Positions 57,885 to 64,000 of a DNA stretch of 64,000 bases are shown piece by piece. The position numbers and the translations under genes are program-made. The stretch is from positions 460,029-524,028 of the forward strand of contig JBJMOW010000002.1 of assembly GCA_045803545.1 (NCBI GenBank). Reading direction: 5' to 3'. Position 1 is the stretch's first letter. Each line of letters starts with the position of its first letter. The DNA comes from Gemmatimonadaceae bacterium. Lineage in GTDB: Bacteria > Gemmatimonadota > Gemmatimonadetes > Gemmatimonadales > Gemmatimonadaceae. The notes beneath the pieces are model-generated. The model was not told the origin of the DNA. It searched no databases and was given only the letters and a program-made list of their open reading frames with translations.

Positions 57885-58060
57885 GGGGATCCGTCCGCCT
57901 GGTCGAGAGCCGTCGCAGCTTCTGAATCGGGTACCGTCCAGCCCTGCCACCGATACCAAAACCAGTATTCGAACGGGATTAGATCTCCGTCCTTTTCGAC
58001 TTCGACGCGGACCGGCCAGAACGGATCTGCGGTGCCGCCCGGGATCGTGACCTGCTTCAC
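57881..58060 (-). CDS. Small Trp-rich hypothetical protein (59 aa)
   Basis: GTGA/ATGA overlaps at both ends; below the ORF-track cutoff. Confidence 0.5.
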   Translation of the reverse strand: MKQVTIPGGTADPFWPVRVEVEKDGDLIPFEYWFWYRWQGWTVPDSEAATALDQADGSP

Positions 58061-58386
58061 GCTGTGAGTCCTCGATCGAGCCCCAGAAACTCGAGCATCT
58101 GATCGAGGTTCATGCGCTTGCTTTCCATTTCGCGCATCTCTTCACGCGTGCACATCGTGAGGAGATTCCGCGGCTGACCTTTGACGTCTTTGAGATCGCC
58201 ACCGATAAGCAGCACGACATAGCTGCAGTCTTCCCGGCTGTCTGTCCCTTTGTGGTGGCAAGCGAGACCAGCTGACGTCCAGACCAGCGGATCATGAAAG
58301 CGATGGCCGGCCGGACAGTACTTCGGCAGTGCTCTACCGTTGGCGTCTTGCGCGAGCTCAAACCAGACCCGTCGGCCTTTCATCAT
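58057..58386 (-). CDS. Cys/His zinc-finger-like protein
   Basis: CPAGH...CHH...C. Confidence 0.55.
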   Translation of the reverse strand: MMKGRRVWFELAQDANGRALPKYCPAGHRFHDPLVWTSAGLACHHKGTDSREDCSYVVLLIGGDLKDVKGQPRNLLTMCTREEMREMESKRMNLDQMLEFLGLDRGLTA

Positions 58387-58644
58387 TTAGCGATGTCCGG
58401 CGTAGCCCGGGCGCATGAAAGCCCGCGTCTTACCCTTCACTTTGTGAAACGGCGGAATCACGGAGGCATTCGCGCGATTGTTGATGCGAATTTCGCGCAG
58501 CGCCTTGCCAACGCGATCGACATGCTCGCCGATTAGATCACGTTCGGGCGCAGCTGGCTGCGCAGCTCCGGCTGGTTCGGGCCCAAAACCGAAGAATGCG
58601 AGTACGGCAGCGAAGAGCGCCGGGAGCCAGGATCGAAACCGCAT
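58387..58644 (-). CDS. Hypothetical protein with N-terminal hydrophobic segment
   Basis: First ORF after cassette D. Confidence 0.55.
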   Translation of the reverse strand: MRFRSWLPALFAAVLAFFGFGPEPAGAAQPAAPERDLIGEHVDRVGKALREIRINNRANASVIPPFHKVKGKTRAFMRPGYAGHR

Positions 58645-58655
58645 GTGAGACCCCC

Positions 58656-58763
58656 GAAAACGAAAAACGCGGCTGACGTCCTTTAAGCTAGGACGCCGGG
58701 CCGCGTATGAGGCGTGTTGCTGGGTTGTCCCTATAGTTTATCGCCGCGCATCCATGGGGGCAA
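58656..58763 (-). promoter_or_regulatory. Promoter-leader-terminator cassette D (start of late region)
   Basis: TTGCCC-N17-TAAACT; ACAACCCA..ACGCCTCAT; ACGCGGC/GCCGCGT hairpin; TTTTCGTTTTC. Confidence 0.75.
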
Positions 58764-58811
58764 CGATACATGTGGTTACACCGTTGCGCCATCATGAGTT
58801 ACAGCGCGTGT

Positions 58812-59000
58812 TTACGGCCAGTCGTTGGCCATTTCCTCCTGGACGCGCGCCCACTGGATCTGGTCGCACTCGAGGGACAGCAGATCTATCGTTCGGTTGT
58901 AATCTCGACGGGCCTTCGAGCGCATGGAGAGATTGTCGCCCCGAGTATTGAAGGCTTTTCTCGCAGCGTCGAGTAGTTGCTGGAATCGATGATCATCCAT
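58812..59000 (-). CDS. Hypothetical phage protein
   Basis: MDDHRFQQLL..., overlapping the upstream ORF. Confidence 0.45.
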   Translation of the reverse strand: MDDHRFQQLLDAARKAFNTRGDNLSMRSKARRDYNRTIDLLSLECDQIQWARVQEEMANDWP

Positions 59001-59187
59001 CGGTACTCGCTTCCCAGGCCTTGTATTGCCTGTAGCAGTCGTCGCAGAGCACGCTGCAATCATCCACGGTAAAGTCGGGATAATCACGCGCCAATTCGGC
59101 CCGAGCAAGCTCCTCGTCATCGAGCTCTTGCTCAAATGTGCCGCCGCATTCGGCGCACACGAAAGTGCGCTCTTTCGCGTCACTCAT
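58993..59187 (-). CDS. Small zinc-finger phage protein
   Basis: CAECGGTF...LCDDCY. Confidence 0.6.
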   Translation of the reverse strand: MSDAKERTFVCAECGGTFEQELDDEELARAELARDYPDFTVDDCSVLCDDCYRQYKAWEASTDG

Positions 59188-59208
59188 CGTCGAACTTTAC
59201 ACCGAACT

Positions 59209-59523
59209 TTACAGGTCCTCCAGATAATCCGCCGCTTCTCTGAGCTGGTTCGGAAGAGGCAATCCGACTGCAGATCCATTGAGCGCCCGAAACTGGATTA
59301 GCTGCGCGAAAAGGACCTGAATCGTTTTCTCGATCGCCTGGAGTGTCTGATTGCTCGCAATCGTCTGAAAACGCTTGATGGCCTCCGCTCTCTCCCCTGC
59401 GCGCGATCGCTCTTTATCCTCAGGAGCCGGCTCTGGCTCGCCTTCAGCACGAGGCGTGAACCGCAGATAGGTCGAACCCGGCTCGAATTCGAACAGGATG
59501 CCGCCGACATTGATCGTCGCCAT
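59209..59523 (-). CDS. Hypothetical phage protein
   Basis: GAGGT RBS before ATG 59523; TATAAT upstream. Confidence 0.55.
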   Translation of the reverse strand: MATINVGGILFEFEPGSTYLRFTPRAEGEPEPAPEDKERSRAGERAEAIKRFQTIASNQTLQAIEKTIQVLFAQLIQFRALNGSAVGLPLPNQLREAADYLEDL

Positions 59524-59691
59524 GAATGTGACCTCGAAATAATCCGCGAATGATTTCTGTGCGAATGGCGCTCGATTAGCGCGCACACGATGCCGGCGCC
59601 GATGCGCCTCAATTATACCCAAGCTATCGAACGACCTGGCGAATGGCACGTGGGTCTGTGGTATAACCGCGGCTCCAGATCAGCGCCAGTT

Positions 59692-59932
59692 TTAATAGTC
59701 TGATTGAGAAGGAGCCGCAGCCCTGAAATCGACGGTGCCGCGAAAGATGAACAGCACCAGAAAGACGATCGCGACGAGCGTAGTGAACTGGCCCCACCAA
59801 CCGACGCTCACAGCTCGGGCCTCGATCGCGCTGAGCACTTTCTGTGAATGCTCGTTGAGAGCGCGGCGCAATCTCGGTGAGCCACGAGCTGAGAGTTACG
59901 AGCGTCGTTGCGTACATCAGCCGCAAGCGCAT
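59692..59932 (-). pseudogene. Small membrane-protein gene with an apparent 1-bp insertion near 59865
   Basis: Removing one base joins ..WLTEIA to RALNEHSQKVL..WWGQFTTLVAIVFLVLFIFRG. Confidence 0.45.
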
Positions 59933-60198
59933 CAAGGCAGCACCATCCGCAACGGGAATACTCCGGTTCCGCGGCCGACGCTGATGTCTGTCGGCGGCCG
60001 CTGTGACTGTAGCTCGCGTTCAAACTCCGGCGCGCGCGCGACGTCGTCTTGGTGTATCGCGATGCGCGTGATGAGCGCGAAGCATTTGATGCCGCTGTCG
60101 GTCTCGCCTTCCCACACACGCGCCTGCAGCGGTGCATGCGTGCCATCTGCGTTCGCGATCTCGGCTATCTGAGTCGTCGATTCGAGCGTGACTTTCAT
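59932..60198 (-). CDS. Hypothetical phage protein
   Basis: MKVTLESTT..ARVWEGETDSGI; ATGA overlap. Confidence 0.6.
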   Translation of the reverse strand: MKVTLESTTQIAEIANADGTHAPLQARVWEGETDSGIKCFALITRIAIHQDDVARAPEFERELQSQRPPTDISVGRGTGVFPLRMVLP

Positions 60199-60935
60199 TT
60201 GACCCCCAACTGTTGACGTAGTGGACCCATCACGCTCTCGATCGTTTCCGTCGACGCGCGAGATCCGTCGGGCTCCGGCTTGTATTCCGGAACGTGTACA
60301 ATTTCCATCTCGAGCTTTGGGAATAGTCCGAGCTGCTGGCGGTTCTTTTTCATGATTCGCCATTTGCTCAAGACAATTTTCGAGAAGTAGGCGATCGATA
60401 CTGGGAAGTCGTGACCTGGTGCCAAGTCCAGGTCGAAGGCTTCCGCAGCGCGGTAGAGGAGGATGACGGCCTCGTCGAGTGGAATGCCTTCGTCGACCAG
60501 CCAGCGACGCGCCGCTCGCTTAGAACCGTCATTGTCGCGGAGCACCGGGAGGTAGGAATCAAAGCGTTTCATGCTCTGGTTCATCGCGTCGACCAGGAGC
60601 TCGGTGCCGGGCTGGTCTTCCGCTTTTCGTCGCGGCCTTCGCCGCAAGCTAGGTTGTTTTAAATCTTCAACACCACTACCTAGCTTAGGCGGTGCTACAC
60701 TACGCGACACTACACTACGATCCGCTACACGTGCGAGCGGTCGAAAGACAGAATGTCGTTTACAGCTCTCGACCTCTGCCAGTCCCTCTTTGACGAGAGA
60801 CGCGAGGTAGCGCTGCATGCGCCCGGGCTTCCATCCGAGAAGCTGCTCCCACTTCCGCACTGAGCCAATTGGCTTGGCCGTCAGCTGTTGGAATGCGCGG
60901 AGGTTCTCTGGATCCGCCAAGAACGGGTGCGTCAC
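60195..60935 (-). CDS. Putative replication initiator
   Basis: N-terminal HTH (SVRKWEQLLGW..MQRYLASLVKEGL); internal repeats and AT tract; C-terminal SIAYF motif; GTG 60935. Confidence 0.6.
   Translation of the reverse strand: MTHPFLADPENLRAFQQLTAKPIGSVRKWEQLLGWKPGRMQRYLASLVKEGLAEVESCKRHSVFRPLARVADRSVVSRSVAPPKLGSGVEDLKQPSLRRRPRRKAEDQPGTELLVDAMNQSMKRFDSYLPVLRDNDGSKRAARRWLVDEGIPLDEAVILLYRAAEAFDLDLAPGHDFPVSIAYFSKIVLSKWRIMKKNRQQLGLFPKLEMEIVHVPEYKPEPDGSRASTETIESVMGPLRQQLGVK
60646..60730. repeat. Candidate phage origin inside the initiator gene
   Basis: AAGCTAGGT/ACCTAGCTT inverted repeat around an AT-rich tract, then clustered CTACAC/CACTAC repeats. Confidence 0.5.
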
Positions 60936-61387
60936 GCGGCTGCCTTCTGCTGTCGCTTGTAGTCGCGAGCACACGTGCGGTGCCAGCATTGCTGGCCGTT
61001 CGGTTTGATATACAACAGCTGCGGCGCAGCCCAACGCTTGCAGTAGCTGCAGCGTCGCCAATCCGGATGGCCGCACGCGTTGAGAGCTCGCGTTCGGAGA
61101 TGAAGCAACAAGTGATAGCCGCGGCTGTCGCACGCGACCAGGTTGCCGGCTCCGTTATTAGTCTTGTCCTCGTCGAAATGATGCACCTCGGCGCCTGCGC
61201 GCAGCGGCTTGCCCATCGCTGCCGTCACGACAACCAGGTGCTCTTTGGCGTAGCCCTTGGTGTCGGCGTGCGGATGATCCGGTAGAAACACGCGCACATA
61301 GCCCTGGTGATCCACGTGCCTGCCGCCCTTCCAAGCCATACCGTTACCGTCCGCATCGCGACGTCGCGTCGCAGGATTCCACTTCAT
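60932..61387 (-). CDS. HNH endonuclease
   Basis: WKGGR..GY..HPHA..GY..EH; EVHHFDEDKTNNGAGNL..H. Confidence 0.85.
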   Translation of the reverse strand: MKWNPATRRRDADGNGMAWKGGRHVDHQGYVRVFLPDHPHADTKGYAKEHLVVVTAAMGKPLRAGAEVHHFDEDKTNNGAGNLVACDSRGYHLLLHLRTRALNACGHPDWRRCSYCKRWAAPQLLYIKPNGQQCWHRTCARDYKRQQKAAA

Positions 61388-61707
61388 CGCTTGGCCACCA
61401 GGACCGCGCAGCGTTTACCGGAGGCGGGATTTACAACAACGCGATCGCTATCCTCCGCGATGCGGCCGGCCTCGATGAGAGCTGCGACGCTCGACGTGCA
61501 CCAGTGGTCTGGTATTCCGAGCTGCTGCGCGATCTGAAAACGCGCGAGACCGTCTGACGCAGCGATCGCCAGGTACACGTGCTGCTGTCGCTTGCCTCGA
61601 GCTCCACTACTCGCGCGGGCCGCGTCGATCGACGTCCGACTTCTTTTGCGCTCGGGCGCCGGCGGCGTGAACAGGGGCAGCCCGGTCGTCGTGTGATCTT
61701 TTATCAC
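61384..61707 (-). CDS. Winged-HTH phage protein
   Basis: TSIDAA..GLARFQIAQQLG..V..LIEAGRI. Confidence 0.65.
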   Translation of the reverse strand: MIKDHTTTGLPLFTPPAPERKRSRTSIDAARASSGARGKRQQHVYLAIAASDGLARFQIAQQLGIPDHWCTSSVAALIEAGRIAEDSDRVVVNPASGKRCAVLVAKR

Positions 61708-62003
61708 AGGTGGATCCCGACGTTGTATGCGAACGACGCTTCTTCACGGCCGACGAGCACAAGCAGCGGTTGGAGCGGTGAGCCGTAAGTGAGTACTCCG
61801 ATGTAGAGATCATCGCCTGCAGCTATACGCCGTCGTTCCTCATCGCTCGGCCGGACCGCGACGATGACGGTGTTGTAGTCGACACCGCGCGCGATTCCGT
61901 ACGACGGGTGCTTTACGAACGCGGCGGTGAGCGGGCAGTACTCCTCCTGCTCCTCGGCGAGCGTCTCCGTCGGTGCGTCGAGTTGCGGGCGGATCCACCT
62001 CAC
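61704..62003 (-). CDS. Hypothetical phage protein
   Basis: AEEQEEYCPL..EERRRIAAG..LTYGSPLQP. Confidence 0.6.
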   Translation of the reverse strand: MRWIRPQLDAPTETLAEEQEEYCPLTAAFVKHPSYGIARGVDYNTVIVAVRPSDEERRRIAAGDDLYIGVLTYGSPLQPLLVLVGREEASFAYNVGIHL

Positions 62004-62126
62004 TTCTGCTTCTCACTCATTGCGCCGCTTCCTTCCACAGATCTCGCAGAAGGTCCGCGCCGGCGACGACTGCCAGGTAAGGGACCAACACGACTACCCA
62101 GAAAGCGAACCTTCCGATCTTTCTTA

Positions 62127-62318
62127 TCATGCGCACCTCGAGCAGATAGGGGGATCGAGCGAGATCCAATGACAGCCGCCTTCACACGCGCGATCGTTTG
62201 TGCAGCCGCACTTCGCACATTCGAGGTCGTCGTCGAGGACGGCCATCTCGCCCGATCGCCGTCGCTCCATCTGCACGCGGGTCCGACGGATCTGCGCTTG
62301 CCGGCGGCCGTGTTTCAT
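62127..62318 (-). CDS. Small Cys-rich phage protein
   Basis: CAKCGCT..AC..GC.W....CSRC. Confidence 0.6.
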   Translation of the reverse strand: MKHGRRQAQIRRTRVQMERRRSGEMAVLDDDLECAKCGCTNDRACEGGCHWISLDPPICSRCA

Positions 62319-62530
62319 AGCGCCACCAGTTGGCCGCCAGTCTCGGCCTGCGATACCGCATTGATCGCGTCAACGATGTGGGCGTAGTACCGATTGCGAT
62401 CGCGATCGAGACGCGTGCGCCAGATCGCGCGCTGGATCTTCCTCGGCACGAGCTTCCAATGCTTCCGGCACATTAGAAGCGAAAGCGAGATCTCCTTCTT
62501 GCAGCCATCGGCTGCACATTTGTGCGTCAT
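62315..62530 (-). CDS. Small zinc-finger phage protein
   Basis: HKCAADGC..LMCRKHWKLVP. Confidence 0.65.
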   Translation of the reverse strand: MTHKCAADGCKKEISLSLLMCRKHWKLVPRKIQRAIWRTRLDRDRNRYYAHIVDAINAVSQAETGGQLVAL

Positions 62531-63519
62531 GCGGCGGTCCTCCGCGCGAGATCTGTCCGGCGGCCGCGGCCGCGGTGCTTGTCGAGCAGCTCACGCGCGA
62601 GATCGACTTCGCGCTGACGGCACTTCCTGCATTTCTTCGTGCGATGCGAAACCACGATGTCGTGACAGGAAATGCACAGCGTCTCGTCACCCGGTCCGCG
62701 TGGTGCTGGCGAGAGCGGTGCGCGTACTCTTGCGGGCTTGGATGCGAGGCCAAAATGCGGATCCCGGGCGATTCGCTTTGCCGCCTCGCGACGCACACGC
62801 CGGCGCTCTTTGCGATCCTGTTTCGCCGCGCATCTCATGCACGTCTCCCACGGCCGCCCGGGGGCTAGCTGTGACACGGGCGTCCAGCCAGTGGGCTTCC
62901 CGCATTTCTTGCAATCAGGTATCGGGCGGCGTCGACGCGCAGTCGCCCGACGAACTAGATCGCGCCGATGTGCTGCAAACTGCTTTCGATAGCGGCGATG
63001 GTACCGCTTGTAAGCGCTGCCGGGATCGGAGCTGTACTTCGCCAGGTAGCGCTTCTTTTGTGCACGAACCTTTTCCGGGTTCGCTTTGCGCCATAGCCGC
63101 TTGTACTCATTTCTCCGCCGGCGAACTTCGGGCTGATTGTACTGCTCGCGCGCGCGCCGTCGATAATCGTCACGGTGTCGGTTGTAGCACGCGCGAACCT
63201 GGCGGTCCCGCATCTCTAGAGCGTGCGGCTTGCAATACAGCGACTTTCTGGTCGCGCCGTAGACAGGATTGGAGCAGTATCGACAGAGGCCCAGCCGCTG
63301 CCGCTCGCACCACTCGCAGACGATTACGGTCTCGCCGAACTTGCCCGTCCGCGTGACGACCGGGCCGTTGCATACGCCAACGCCGCATCTCTTTGGGCAG
63401 CGGTCGGCGGTCCGCATTTGCTCCAGGAGTTTGCGATCACGCTTGCGCTGAATCGCGATCCTACCGCGGCGCCGGCGCTCCTCTACTGACATACGCGTGC
63501 CAGGGTGACCGGTCGGCAT
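62527..63519 (-). CDS. Arg/Cys-rich multi-zinc-finger protein
   Basis: Multiple CxxC pairs; very basic; GGAGG RBS before ATG 63519. Confidence 0.6.
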   Translation of the reverse strand: MPTGHPGTRMSVEERRRRGRIAIQRKRDRKLLEQMRTADRCPKRCGVGVCNGPVVTRTGKFGETVIVCEWCERQRLGLCRYCSNPVYGATRKSLYCKPHALEMRDRQVRACYNRHRDDYRRRAREQYNQPEVRRRRNEYKRLWRKANPEKVRAQKKRYLAKYSSDPGSAYKRYHRRYRKQFAAHRRDLVRRATARRRRPIPDCKKCGKPTGWTPVSQLAPGRPWETCMRCAAKQDRKERRRVRREAAKRIARDPHFGLASKPARVRAPLSPAPRGPGDETLCISCHDIVVSHRTKKCRKCRQREVDLARELLDKHRGRGRRTDLARRTAA

Positions 63520-63651
63520 TAGTGCCACCTCCGGAATTCGAAGGCAGCCTGAGCACGTTTGAGCTCAGCGCGGATCGCTCTTTCTAAGTCACGCGAGCCC
63601 TGTTCTGAAAACGGAAACGCGAGGAGGCGATCATGCGTCCGAGATGGAACG

Positions 63652-63671
63652 CTGTATACGATCTGTATACG
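63652..63671. promoter_or_regulatory. Putative integrase arm-type sites (right arm)
   Basis: CTGTATACG-AT-CTGTATACG direct repeat. Confidence 0.6.
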
Positions 63672-63776
63672 TGAGGGGGCGGTTTTCGGGCGCGTTTCGG
63701 AGCGCAGGGAGCGCAGTAGTGTTTCCGTAACTGCTGAAATGGAGCGACGATGCTCATTTGCAGCGTTTGCTAACCG

Positions 63777-64000
63777 CGCCTGGAAAGTGTGTGTACGTTC
63801 ATAGCGTACCGTGGGTTCGAATCCCACCCCGTCCGTTAACTCGTTGCGACCTAGCAGGTTGCGAAAAGCGCCGTATGCAGCGTCAAGCCAACGGGTTAGA
63901 ACTGCATACGAAACGTATACGTTAAGCAGCATTTGACCCTCCAGTCTGTGATGGCTTTTTCCCCCCGATCAGGGCCGTAATTGCGCTGTCCGCAGCTGGC
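63777..64000 (+). repeat. attP-type junction: tRNA-Ser 3' part plus second copy of the phage left end (runs off the window)
   Basis: 223/224 identical to 22238-22461, including the integrase stop codon. Confidence 0.92.

Larger units (their letters stand above)
22238..63776 (-). mobile_element. Lambda-like (cos, siphovirus) prophage, unit length 41,539 bp
   Basis: Integrase next to the tRNA; repressor/cro, RecT, lysis, tail, capsid, portal and terminase modules; direct repeat at offset 41539. Confidence 0.95.

Noticed and set aside
59659..59687. Fifth late cassette (TGGCGC-N17-TATACC on the minus strand)
   Set aside because: Promoter-like spacing only; no ACCGCTCAC box, hairpin or TTTTCGTTTTC tail follows.
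63777..63835. A third tRNA-Ser gene
   Set aside because: Only the 3' part from the anticodon arm onward; the acceptor 5' strand and D arm are absent.
1..64000. CRISPR array, reverse transcriptase/DGR, IS transposase
   Set aside because: No regularly spaced repeats, no RT (YxDD) gene or TR/VR pair, and no transposase motif seen.

Overview
Two-part window. 1-22.3 kb is bacterial chromosome, all on the + strand; gene order and content suggest Gemmatimonadota, which is inference only. It holds a GT4 fragment, hprK, a complete mannose-family PTS (EIIA/B/C/D, HPr, EI), metK, a bifunctional nuclease, a cobalamin riboswitch with a btuF/C/D/B-like uptake operon, recO, selB, clpB, tadA, a CocE/NonD hydrolase and two tRNA-Ser genes. 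From 22238 a 41,539-bp lambda-like cos siphoprophage is integrated in tRNA-Ser(GGA). At 63777 the att core recurs, but it is followed by the phage's own left end (arm sites and integrase 3' end), which makes it an attP-type junction, as in a tandem prophage or concatemer. The strongest candidates for undescribed biology are in the prophage: (1) four dispersed promoter-leader-terminator cassettes with a shared motif, one in front of each late gene block, suggesting an unknown antitermination system; (2) tandem paralogous HK97-fold capsid genes; (3) a Hint domain at the C-terminus of the tail-tip protein; (4) an ImmA/IrrE peptidase fused to a HIRAN domain beside a repressor with no autocleavage domain; (5) a non-canonical tRNA-Gly-like gene; (6) a 45-bp micro-inversion inside a gene; (7) an unusual lysis and post-lysis block with an L,D-transpeptidase-like lysin, a Tat-lipoprotein clan GH-A hydrolase, a u-spanin candidate and a secreted JAB-like protein. 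All calls come from reading motifs by eye; no searches were run.
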